From contig SNRW01000044.1 in the NCBI GenBank assembly GCA_008636045.1, positions 1-36,135 of the forward strand: a stretch of 36,135 nucleotides of DNA, written 5' to 3'. The notes under the pieces were generated by a model. That model was not told where the DNA came from and did no database searches. It worked only from the letters and a program-made list of their open reading frames with translations. The position numbers were made by a program, and so were the translations under genes. Shown here piece after piece: positions 23,428 to 36,135 of the stretch (position 1 is its first letter; the number at the start of each line of letters is the position of its first letter). Source of the DNA: Streblomastix strix (Eukaryota).

Positions 23428-26400
23428 TCACTGTTTATACGATTTGTCATTTATCAGGATTGAATGAAGTGTGGTAATATATCCATTTTTCAAACTCGTT
23501 GGGGAAATGTGTTGGAGTAGACATAAGGCTGCAGTTCTCCATTTTCTGAGAGAAATCTAACTTTGAGACAAAAGAAGTGGAATAAGCACATATGAATGTA
23601 GTGAAAGCTTAACAAAATATGGAAATACATTGAGAGATAGAAAATAGATGTAAAAAGAATAATAAAATATATCAAACCAAAATAGGATCAACTTCTCTGA
23701 GTATTTGTAGAGCAATAAGGAGTATTTTCTCAGTAATCTTGATTTCATCTACACGAGCTATCCACATTGAATCTATATATTTAATATCTTAAACTGTATT
23801 TGATGGGCTTCTATCATTTTCCAACATTTTAATTTGTTGCTGAATAAAGTTGAGCATTTCTGAATGAATCATTTTAGTCGATAATTCCAATCCATCCTAC
23901 TGGAATGAATTAAATAATTACTAATAGAGGTTTGATGACGAGTCTTAAGAATGTGAGTATAAAGTGATGTTATTTTCATATTTCTGCTAATTTATCTACT
24001 CATTTAGCTGATCTGTAAACATATTCTTCACAAATGTTGAAGAAAAGAGTCTTAACATGGTTACAACAGCATCAGATGGTGCCAGAGCTGTACATGTTAT
24101 GAATGAGAATGGAGATAATGAATGTGCTTTGAATATTTTATCTTGTTTTTGATTATTTTATTATAAGTCAGAATAATTAATTCCGCCATTAAGATCAAGA
24201 TACCAACATTATTTGCAGTATCCAAAGTCAGCAAGCAAGTTTCGCATTGTATCTTCAGAATATTTCTCGTTTTCTAATCGCATTCTCGCATTCTTAGATT
24301 CAATTTAAGCTCTTTCTCCATCTTTTATTTCATAAATTGATCTGCTTGAATTATTAAATTTATTTTTTAATTATTTAATTTGATTATTACCTCCTTGTGT
24401 TGGATTATTAAGTCCATTTTCAATATTCTAATTCTATTCTCCTTATTCGGTATACCTTATATAACTATTTGGGATGGTATTCTGTTCATCAGAATCAGGC
24501 ATATCCTCTAAATGTGATTCAATGGAAGCTAAAATGGATCCATCTGTTATTATAGAAAATGTGTGATAAAGAAGAAGACGATGTGCCCTCATTCCACAAA
24601 TAGGAGAACAATATTAGAAGATGAATTTAGTATGTTCATGTGAATCTGCTTATAATTCTTAATGTAAAGTAGTTTCTTCATGTTTAATATCAATTTCTGA
24701 TTAAATGATTGAAGGATGTGATGGATTAGTAATTGCCTATGTTTTACCAAGTTCAGCCAGAATGGAGAACAAGAATGTTGATGATCGCTATTCCAAATTG
24801 TGCAAAGAAAGAAGCATCGAATCAATATTATCGTGTTATAATGCACATCTGAGTCTTAGATCTAAATTAAATGCACGTGCAAATAACACAGTTCGTTCAA
24901 TGCAGCATATCAACCCAAATATAATATCTTCAGCTGCAATTCCAAGTAATTTATGATTTTATTCATTGTGTGTTGATTCAATGTTTATATCAGTACTTTG
25001 ATTAGATTAAGTTACTGATGTAGATATTGGAGGTGCTGCATATAGAAGCCTTTCTATTCCACGAAGAAGTTGATATAAAAGTCTGCATTTCCAATTTAGT
25101 ATATTAAAAGATACTTATGAAGCTTTCACAGCTGAGACTGAAGCAAACATACATTAGCAGAATAATTAGTTTTAATCATCAATGCTTCTTATCTCTTTTG
25201 ATTACCAAACATTGGTCTAATTATTCTGCTGGACTTGATTTTCCAATAATGTTTTATCTATTACTTCTTCAAATTCACATTTATTTTGTGTTACTTTATT
25301 GTTTTCAATTTAATCATCCTCATCACTTAATGATTTTAAAGAAGATGCATCTTCTGAACTTGAATGATCTTAATCTGGATCTTTGATCTTATCTTATCCT
25401 TCACTCTCATTTTCAATATATTAAAACTCTTCAAGATTGTTTTCTGCCTTTATTTTATCATCATTTGATTATTCATTGTGTTACTTCTTGTAATTATTGG
25501 GTGTTTCCTCCCCTTCAATATATTATGGAGGTTAGCTTAATTCATGAGGAATTGTAGCATCAAATAAATATTCACTTACACGCATCAATCTAACCCAGAA
25601 AGGTCTTGATAAAAGAGGGAACGATTGAGGTTGACTAATCATTTATGAGAAGAATTAGAACAACATAGATGACCTTGTTGCAAAAGAAAGATTTGCTTAT
25701 CCACCTCGTGTTATTGATTATTAGAATATCTGGTTTATATTTCCTTAGTTACCATCACTGCTATTTCGACGTACTATTCCATTTTCTTTCTATTGCTGTT
25801 ATTTGCTTAATTTCTAAATAATTTAGTCATTTGTGAGTGTTGTATTAACATTGTGCAGAATACTATCTACAAGTAACTCAATAAGATGATCCATAAATCT
25901 TGAATAAAATGCTGTATGTTTTTCTTATGCTTCTTTTCTCTCTTTAGATTATTATATCTCAGATAAACATCCACAATCGCATGAACATAATCTATGCGGT
26001 GAAGTTAAAGAGAGAATCATTCGATGCTGTTTGGTTCTAAATGGAGAAGGTTGAGGAAGATGACAATAAGGGGGAGTGAATGCATTAATTGAGAGTGATT
26101 CATCAGATGAATATTAATTCTAATATAAATCATGTTATGAATTTTATCCAATGAATTAAAATATACTTAAAATTTGATCATTCTCACCTGGAATCTGTTT
26201 TAAATGTTATCCAGAACATTAACATTGATATTTTTCTTGTTAAGTTGTTGTGTTAAATTGTTATTAACCTTATGAATGATCAGGACATAAGCATATACGA
26301 CCACCTTTATCTACATGATGCATCTCTAAATATATCCCACTTCTCCAAAAGGATCTTCCTACAATATTGGCTCTATTAAATTATTCCTTATCATTCTTAT

Positions 26401-29400
26401 TACCAAATTAAACTCTAGATTATGATTATCGTTTCCAAACATATTAATATTCTCCACTAAAACATAGCTTATCAAAATGACGAGCAAATAAGGGTATTAT
26501 ACACTATAATACAACAGCGTATTCATCATCATTCCAATGACCATATACTTAATTATTTTATCTATCTATTGCTTGGTAGTTTATTCCACTTTTTAATAAT
26601 TTATTTCTTTATCCTCCATTTATACTATTTACCATCGCTTTAACCCATTCTACATCATTATTAATAAATAACTTCCTCTTTCTAATCCTTCTTTTATTTT
26701 GTTCAGATTAAGATTCGCTTATTTTTGGACGGTCTTATGTTGGAATATTTCTTTTTTATTAATATACAGAAAACATTCCTAATCTTTTTTCTAGTGATAA
26801 ATTAATCTTTAGAGGTTTAGCTTATCCTCTTACTCCACTGAATGGTGAATGTATTTAAGTTTTTATTATATTTTACTTCTAAATAAGTCTGAAAGATGTA
26901 TTTATTTCTCCATTTGTATTTAATTATTAAGTTTTTTTATTCTAAAGAGGAGATGATAAAGATTTTAAATTGGATTAACTCTTCTGATTATCAGAAGTAT
27001 TCATCTTTAATATTGATGAAGAAGATCCAGTTCCAGAATAAATCTAACTCTCCGTCAAATTTGCTTTAATTTCACTAAAATCATCATTTAATTAGTCAAA
27101 TGATAATAATTTATCCCCATAATTATTCATATTATCAACAATTAGGTTCAATTTTTCTTCATCTTTTGAAGAAGAGTAAATTTCATGACCGCCATCAAAC
27201 TCCCTCCATTCCCATAGTTCATATGAAGAAGCAATAACCATTCCTTTCTCTCCCATCCAACCACCATTCCAGACCCCCAATTAATCATTTAGTTGTTGTT
27301 ATTGCTCATTAAAAGGAATCATGCGTTTAATAAGTTATTCATTTAGTTATTATTTAACATTCTACCAAATATTTGATTGTACCATCTCTCTCATGAATAT
27401 ATCAAATTCTCCTCTTCTTTATCTTTCACATTCAAATTCATATAATTTTGTCTGGACATCTTAGTTCTCAAAATTAAGTAAAGAAGATATTTCATATTAC
27501 TGACATTACTCATCATCAAATTTTTCCAAATTATATTATTCTTAATTTTTATTATTATAATTTTATTAGTTTTATATTCTTTTTAATTTTCTACTTAAAT
27601 TATTCATCTTTTGCTTTTAATTAATTAAAGATTATGCTCTAACTTGAGATAGAGTTGATTCAGCAGACATTTACAAGGTTTTTTATCCCCATTAAACTTA
27701 TCCACGTTAAACCAATCCTTCACGAACTGATTCAAGAATTGGCATACAAACGCGATTCCAAATTATACTCCATATATCTCCAGTAAATATTCTCCCATAA
27801 TCATTAAGAACAGATAATAATGAAGTAAGTCCATATACACGGAGTTATTACTTACGATGACATGCAAGTCTTGAAAGAACACAAAGGAAAGGAAGATGGA
27901 TATGAACAACATGAGCTAAATCTAATACTCCAAGATGTGCATTAAATATTGGTTATAAAGCATCAGGGTTTGTTTGAATTGATTCGACTAGAGTTGGTTA
28001 ATTCTTATTCTATTAGTTATTGATATCTGAACTTGTATTAACATCTGATCCTTGAGAAGAAGAATTTCCAATTACTTTCTCCCCACTACGACGCCCTAAG
28101 AATATCCTTAATAGTCTGTCAATATATTTAATGCATCCTGTTGTTACTCGATCCATTGTAGCACACATCGCACATACACAAAGTGCATCACAAACTTCAC
28201 TTATTGAATAAACAAAAAAATAAGAAAGTTGAATATGAGGTCTTTTTAACTAAGGATTTATCTTATGAGGAATTGGAGGTTATATTTATGAATTTAATTC
28301 ACCTGCATCTTGTGAATGAGGTTATATATTTTATTATTCTATTTGTTTATTAGTATTCCGATTAGTCGTATATTCAGATCCTTAATCCCCATTCATTTAT
28401 TATTCTTTATCAGGAAATGATATTGGAGCAGGAACTACAGACTAAGTAATTGAAAGTTATTAATCTTCGGATGATGAATCCAATCGTGCTTAATAATCAA
28501 GAGATACTTTCAAGAGTTATTCAAGCATCAGATATGTTCGGAAATGAATGTTTGTATCTTTTACTAATTGTTATATTGTTAAAAATATAATACGCCATCC
28601 TGAACTCAGAGTGTGAGGCCTTGTTTCAGTCAGTTGTGTGACACAATCGAGAATTAATCTGTGAATATCTGAAGCAAAAGGAGTAAATATTTCTGGAATT
28701 GTCTGGGCGAGTGTTGATGGAACAGACAAAGAGAATGAAAAAGGAGGAGCTGGAATCTAATCTCCAATTTCACTTTCATTTGTTTATGAATTGTCATCTC
28801 GGCTTCTTTACATTACTTAGTTTTTGCTTTAATTTTGAATTGATGAAATATTAGGACTGATATTTATTGATGAGTTTATGTGTGGCAGTTCTGAATAAGT
28901 CTAGGATGCTTAAATATTTAAATTCTTGTTTAAGTTTTGATTAAAAGTATTTTATTATTTGTTTGTCTGTTTTTATGTTGCTTGAGTCGAACATGCAAAC
29001 TCAAGAAAAGGCATAAGAAGCTGAATTTAAAGATCTTCTTCGTCTTCATCAGATTAAATATCATCATCATCATCATCATCATTTAATTTATTATCCTTGA
29101 ATTCTTTGTCAGTAATTTCATCATTATCTTTTTCATTAACCTAATTAATAATTTCAATTCCATCGTATCCATTAAAGGGCTCTTTCATTCTACCTCTTGG
29201 AAGATCAGATCTATCAAGTAATGCAAATGCAATCTGCCTAAGAGTTACAATTGCTAATGATGCAATGTTCTTATTATGTCCAATTACAACATTCCTAACA
29301 AAGCAATTTACAATTACATACATTTTTCTCCAAAGATCAAGTGGCCTTCCAGTATTCCTAATGCAAATTTCTTGCATCTTTTATGTCAAGAATAAACTTT

Positions 29401-32400
29401 AAGGTGCAAAAATATAAAGATTTTCTATGATAATATCAGACACGTTTCCAGACCCAGACCACTGATAGTATGGAAGAGGGATTAGATTAATTCTATTGTA
29501 GAGTAATAATTCATTAGAAAAGAGATTCAAATCCAATTAAGGAGATGATTATTAATTTTATTAAACATGAAACTTTTGAAGAGAGGAACGATAAGATTAA
29601 GAATATTATAATGACTATTAGTTTATTATTAAATGTGAAGAATGTTTTCTCATTTATTATTAAGCATTATACTATCTTTAATCAAATTAGTTTTATTTCT
29701 TATATTAGCGATACAGTTAACCCTTATGTGGTTAGTATGATTAAAATTATTTTTATAATTATTGTTATTAAGATGATTAATATCCTTATTCTTACAATTA
29801 TTGCATTGATAAAGGTTTATTATATGAGTTTATTTAGTCTCTATTTCTAAATAAAATGAAAATTGCTGCAATTAATGCAGTTAGAGAGTCCTAAGTTAAA
29901 AGGTCAGATAAAATTAATGGAGTCTCTAATGTATCTCTATTAAATTTCATTTATTGAAAAATATATATTGCATTCTTTTGTGTTATTTTTGTTGGTGTCT
30001 ATCCAAATGGACTTATTTACATGTTTGAACTTTAATTATTTACTCCTGATATTGCTTGAGCAATTTTTAAAAGAGGGTTAAATGATTATTGTGTTGAAGT
30101 TGAAGGTGGAAGATTGGAAGGCTGAGCCAAAGTGAATTAATTTCTCATAGAAGAAGGCATGAATGTAAAGTTATTCTATTCTTAAATAGAAGATTAGGTA
30201 TTGTTTACTTGAGAAGATGATTATTAAGTACTTTTAGTTATTGAGTTAATTTAGTTAGATTATTATGAAGGTGTTACAGAATGAAAAGAATCAGAAATTC
30301 CATCCTATATTCCCCCAGTGAAAATATTCTCAAGCCAATCTAAATATCCCAATACAGTTACAACGCATTACCAATTCATAACTCCAAATAATTCACCTAT
30401 TCCATTGCTCCACATGAAATCAGATATTGGTGAATCATTTATATTGTTTAGATCTTCAATGTCTTCGTCAATTTCTATTTCTTATTCAAATTCATTAATA
30501 TAACATCTTTTCCAGTTCTTTCTCTTTGTTCCACTTCTTGAAATTGAATTTATATTATGTTTCTAAATTTTATTAAGAAAGTTTTATTTCTTTGGTTATT
30601 AATATTTACTTTATTTTTATTCAACCTCTAAATTCGCTAAAATTACTCCATCATCAGCAAATTCTTTATCCAGTTCTTCTTATTAATCTTCTTCTTCATT
30701 TTCAACATTTTCATTACACAAATTATCATCTATATCATCTTCTTTATTTTACTCTATGTTATTATTCAATTAATTAGTATTCTATTTTATTATTTTCTAT
30801 TCTGGTTCTGATGGAATTTCAAATGGGTTTTATTTTGCATTTGATGGAAGAGCAAGAGAAAGAAGAAGAATTAGGGCAGAAACATGTCTTCGCTCAATTA
30901 TTTATTCAGGTTAGTTTTAATTTGTTTGTTATAAAATAATTCCTTCATCGATTTCAGGTTAATAAAATCCACTTCCCTATTAAGATTATTATTAATTCAT
31001 TTATTTCAATAATGGTGAAGTAGAATTATTAATATTTCCAGAAGAAATTGGTAACTATTAATGCAAATATTTTAGATTTATGTCAATATTAGCAGACATT
31101 AATGTGGTTGATATTGCAAGACTAGCAACAAGAGCATCACGTTATTATGACATACCAAAGACACTTGTAACTCTGATAAGTGTTGCTGTTGTTTGAAGGA
31201 TGGTGCCTGCAACTGCATCAGGGCATATGGAGGCTCTTGCTACAATTGGCATCCCAAAGGAGAGCATAACATTTGTGAATAATTCCAATATCTTTATTGC
31301 ATGGGGACTTCCAAAATCACAATTGAATGGTTTATTAGCAAAATTAAGTAATGCAAGTTATGGGTTATTCCTGTTTATTACAGAAACGCTACAGTATTAT
31401 TCTTATTCTTATTCTTATTCATACCATCTAGATTCTTTTGCATTTGAACCATTAGTTTTTTACCATTATCTAGTCATCTTGCGAGAAATGTATCTCCAAA
31501 TCAAACGTTCAAGAAGAACTTGAGAAAGAACTCTCATTTCATTAAGAACCTTTTCACGATTTTTTGTTTTATATTCTTTTAATAGAGCTTATTATTATTC
31601 ATTATTTGCTGATAACTAAGTAAATTCTTGATTAAGAATTGGAGATAAATTCAATTATGAGTTTGAAACTGATTATGATATAGCTAAGGAAGGTTGCACT
31701 AAAGATAGAAATCCAAAATATGAGAAGGATTACCCTAAACTTGAAATAATAGAAAAGTTGGTTGAATTTGTGGATGGTTACAGCAAATAAGGAAGAAATA
31801 TTGGTTATCCTTAAACAAGGCCTTCATGCAACAGTTTACTTTCATAATCTCCAAGGACTATTATTTCATTCTTTCTAATTCTATCATACATATTATTCAA
31901 CCAAATTAAATCCTTTCCATATCTAAGTCCATATTCAATGAATACTTCTCTAGTCATGGCTCCTTTTGCTCTCTTTGAATTTAGTTTCCATGGACTTCCA
32001 CTTTTAAATTCATCAAAGTTTTATGCATCAGAACTTCCTACACTTGAATTTAAGCTGAAATTTGAACTGGCATATCCTGTACTAACTGAAGCAGGGTTAC
32101 CAAATGCACCTTGACTGACCCCACCAAAAGCTTCAAAGTGAACTTGCATTGCAGAGTAGAAGAAGAAGAATGATTCCTGAGGAGATGGGAAGCTTTCAGG
32201 GTTTTATTTGTGATATTCAGTACTGAGAATCTCAATGTTACGATACACTTATTATGGCTGTGATCCAACACGAACAGTTCCAAGAAATAAGCATAGAGCT
32301 TCATATACATCTAATCCTTTTAAATAAAACTTGGATACAATTGATTTGAATATATCATTATTCAATTATTCTTTCTAACCCAAGAACATCCCTAATATTT

Positions 32401-35400
32401 TGGGTTGAATTGAATGTGAAGACAAAGTTTAAGAGAGAATATAGTCAGATATTGATTGAATAATTTTATCACTGTATGATTTTGGTTATTCATTAATATC
32501 ATTAGTTGTAATCTCTATAACAGAGGTTGTAAGTTGTTTCGGTAAATATTCAGGAATTTATGGTTATTATTCCAATTCTATATCTTTAGATGTGAAATGT
32601 TCAGATTAAGAATGACTATGAGTTTATTCAGTTTTAGGAGTATTTGATAATTCATCAGATTAACTGAAGTTTGTCATTTAATCAGAATCTTCAAATTCAA
32701 TCAATTAATTGTTGATTGCATAATTAATTGCTCTTTCAAAATTAGAATTAAAGAGATTTACAAAAATTTCTTTTTATTATTTCTTAGATAAAATATCTTC
32801 GAGATTTTTTCCTGGTATTTAATTAAATTTTGTTTATAATGTTTCATTTTCAATATTTTATTTTCCATTCAATTCCCTTTTTGAATTACTCTATTCAATG
32901 TTCATTCTCTATTTTCTTCTTGTTCTTTCTTCTTCAGTTTCTAAAGGAGCAACTTCTCTACAAAATTCAGCAATTGAAACAGATATTTGACATAGTGCGC
33001 TCAAAGCCAATTCAACAAGAATATCTACACGTTTCTTCTTCTTCAAATTTTGCCAAATTGTTTCATTTGATCCTTAAGCCCACAGTGAAAATCCAAATAA
33101 TTATAAAGAATCTTCATGAATTGTAATTCGATCATCATTTTCTACTTAATCTTAAGAAGATGCATTACCAGAGTTAAATGAAGGTCGTTTCAAAGACTGT
33201 GCTGATGAATTAATAGAATTTTGTATTATACTTCCTCCAGCAGAATATATAATAGATGAAAGAGCTTCTATAAAACTTCTCAAATGATCAAATTCATTTA
33301 CTCTAGAATCATATCTCAGATATAAAGCTGACCAAATATCTCCACGTATGTATAATGGAGAGAGTGTTCTTAGAAGAATAATCTTTTCAGAAATAAGAGC
33401 TTATAATGGATAGCTTAATATATGGGTTATTAAACCAATTAATACACTAAGAGTCTAAGGAAATAATAGTTTCAATTAAGGTGGGTAGTTCTGGGGTGAG
33501 TCATGTGAATAGAAAGTTGAATTTATTTACTTTCTTTTTCTTTTTCTTTATTTTTCTTGTTAATTTAAAGTATTTTATGATGGAATTTAATAATCAGGAA
33601 AACGAACTGATATCGAATTTGAGATTATTGATTTTGAAATAAGGGCTGCTTTGGAAAAAATACTTGAGTCAAATGATGTTAAAGAAACCAAAATTGCAGG
33701 AATAAGAGAATTATTTACAAGGTTATATATACAAGTTCTAAATAATATGGTTGTAGATATTTTTGGTATTAATATTTAATCAGAAGATTATGATTATATG
33801 CTTTTGGATTATGATTCAGATATATCTTATTTGAAATGATTTGATTTTGAATAAGTTTATTAAAGCTACTATAAAGCAACATTAATATTTGAATTTGAAT
33901 TATCAACGAGTATTGGATTACTTTAAAGGTGAGTTGATTCATTAACAAAAGAAGATTAGATTCCAATTACTGTAGAAAAGATGAAACGTGTTATGAATCT
34001 ATTGGAATTCAGATCAGCAAGAGCTTTCAAAGCCAGATTTGCTTTCTTAATATATTTCTATTTTAATCTTTCTTTTTCTGATGATGAAATATTTGGATCT
34101 TTGGAAATACTGGCACATCCAATGTAAGAACAGACGTGTGTTGGTATTTTATATTTCCGAAGTAATTATTCAGTGAATGTTTGTATCTAATCTTCATCAT
34201 TTATAATTTCATCCCATTTTATTGTTACATCATTGTCTTAATCATTCCATGATGTTCCCCCTCCAGCTATATTACATAAAACTCGTAAAATAACTAATGC
34301 ATCAGAACAAGAATTATTAAGCTCTTATCCTTCAAATAAGAAATTTGATTTATTTTATTTTTCTAATTCTATATTATCTACTTTTGAACCCATTTGAACT
34401 TCAATGAATTCCTTTTCTGATTAATTTTAATCTGAAATCTGAGAGAATTCATCAGAATTTTCTGATTTTGAATCATTATTTTTATCTTTATCTTAAATAT
34501 CGTTATCTTTATTAATATTTTATTAATTATCTTTTTCATTATTTATATCAGTTTCTCCATCTTTATCTTTTTCATCTGCAATTCCTTCATTTTCTCCAAT
34601 TGATGAGTTTTGTTCATTATTTAATTTTTCTTCTTCAATTTATAATCCATGTTCGGTTTCTTCTCTCCTCATTTCAACAATTTCTTTTAATCTCTTTTTT
34701 TCATATTCAACTTCTTCATCTAAATTCTTATTGTTTTCTTCTTCTTTCTCTTCCAATATTCCCTTTTCAAAATAGAACATATTTATGGCTAAGAAGTCTT
34801 TACTGGCTTTGTCAATATCTTACTTCTTTTTCAATAGAACATGAGCATCAGCAAAACAGTTTAATGAAATCTCCAATGCGTCTCCATGCACTTGAATATA
34901 TAAATTATAAAGAAGTGAAACCCAAAAATTAGTTACTAGCTTCGGAATATCATTATTAGGATTATTGTTACACTATGCAACAAGTGAGATTATTTAATCA
35001 ATGATATTAGTTTGTGGTGAAAGTCCCACAATTGATGATTTCCCTCTTATGAAATTGATTGTAAGAAAAATGTGAAGACAACTCAAGCATGCAGAAATAA
35101 TATTGTCTTTTCCAGTAGCAAATCCAAGAACTAAAGGATTGAACACAACAGCAGGACTACACAAGATAAATTAAATAACAAATCAATATAATTATGAAAA
35201 AAAGAACTGAATTATTACCATGTTTAAGGAGAATTAATTTTCACAAAATCTGTATAAAAAAATTAATTAAAATTTTATAAGTGAATAATTATTGAAAAAT
35301 TTAACATACCTCTCGCATCATAACAAGCTTATTTCAATTCTTTGCTTTTAAATAAAGGTACTTATTTCTGAATAAGTAAAATGCCTTGTAATACACGCTC

Positions 35401-35409
35401 TTTGTCCAT
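23428..35409 (-). CDS. Large BIG/Sec7-family ARF-GEF-like protein, ~3,929 aa (DCB-HUS-Sec7-HDS); exons 35409-35310, 35249-35219, 35156-23678, 23607-23428; catalytic Glu apparently replaced by Gln
   Basis: BIG-like motifs in the expected order: ELKQACYDA, VFNPLVLGF, VHGDALE, DALVILRVLC, LYLRYDS, LFNSNFERAINY, LGMFLG, MTREVFI, YDRIRKNEI, LTQKMQEICIRNTGR, LSSGWRIIF and YGRIFTGDIW. The 11.5-kb exon is open under TAR=Gln with no internal TGA found. Confidence 0.85.
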
Positions 35410-35847
35410 AAATTCTATAAATCAACATAAATAAATATTATTTCAATAATTGATGATTTTAAGATATTAAAAGAAAAATATTTAAAGAATAAAATAAAAA
35501 CTGTACCACTTAAAAATAAATTAAGAAAATTCATTCAAAAAAATTTAAATTTTATTAAATAAAGTTTAATATAATATTAAAAACAGTTTGAAACATTATT
35601 ACTATGCACTTAATGTTCATTAAATATACATTCAATCTGATATACAATCAATTTCTTTTAAAAAGTAAAATTTTTATGATAATAATTTTGAAGGGAATTT
35701 CGAACTTAAATTGATGTTAAAATTAGTATAATTAATGTAGTAAGATTGATAATAATATTGTAATATAAATTTATATATTAGGCCTGGGCGTTTCTGACAT
35801 AGCTTAAAAAAACTGACAATTAGGCCTATTTTTTACTGACAACAAAA

Positions 35848-35920
35848 TCTCAAAGCTAGGACTCGAACCCATAACACTCAAAAAATTTAGCCGACTTTTC
35901 ACCACTTGACCACAGAGCTA
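35848..35920 (-). pseudogene. tRNA-like Pol III element (tRNA pseudogene or SINE head)
   Basis: A-box TGGTCAAGTGG (35912-35902) and B-box GGGTTCGAGTCC (35870-35859) with T-arm pairing and tRNA-like spacing. Acceptor and anticodon stems do not pair. Confidence 0.55.
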
Positions 35921-36090
35921 TTTGATGAAATTCGATATTTTCTAATTAATATTAGTATAATTTAATAACTCTTTTTAATAATAAAAATCATCATTATGCA
36001 CTCTTAAGAAAAAATTTGTTTCTAAAAAAGTTTACCTTAGTCTTGTGATAGTATTCAATCTATATGGGTTTGTTATATGAAATAGTTAAT

Positions 36091-36135
36091 ATGCAATACA
36101 ATTTTAATAGCAAACCTTCTAATACCATCTTGCCG
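36091..36135 (+). CDS. Possible 5' start of a gene running off the window (MQYNFNSKPSNTILP)
   Basis: ATG 5 nt after a TAG acceptor-like site, as in most genes here, with rising GC content. Too short to identify. Confidence 0.3.
   Translation, partial: MQYNFNSKPSNTILP

Noticed and set aside
1536..34932. Most short entries in the supplied ORF track (e.g. 1536-1793 -, 5276-5461 +, 11483-11806 +, 15106-15492 +, 29545-29850 +, 34600-34932 +)
   Set aside because: Computed with the standard code; they are antisense or off-frame shadows of the reconstructed genes, or fragments cut at Gln-coding TAA/TAG.

Overview
AT-rich eukaryotic nuclear DNA with short GT-AG introns (~47-106 nt) and a non-standard code. 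TAA/TAG encode Gln at conserved Gln positions, so the supplied ORF track is fragmented. A Giardia-type ornithine carbamoyltransferase plus this code and intron density point to an oxymonad metamonad such as Streblomastix (inference). I reconstructed ten complete genes by hand: RPL21, OTC, a TPLATE/TSET-like coat subunit, EXO1, MPP6, a COMMD7-like protein, a TTLL3/8 glycylase, RPA34, PPWD1 and a ~3,900-aa BIG/Sec7-like protein. There is also an orphan SF3B1 fragment, a 364-bp duplicated intergenic module and a tRNA-like Pol III element. Main discovery: three otherwise intact genes carry four in-frame TGA codons. Two align exactly with Arg in human homologs and all four are followed by A, whereas most terminal TGAs are followed by a pyrimidine. 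This suggests the last remaining stop codon may be recoded to Arg by context or edited U-to-C; nonsense decay or assembly error are the alternatives. Homolog comparisons are from memory, not database searches.
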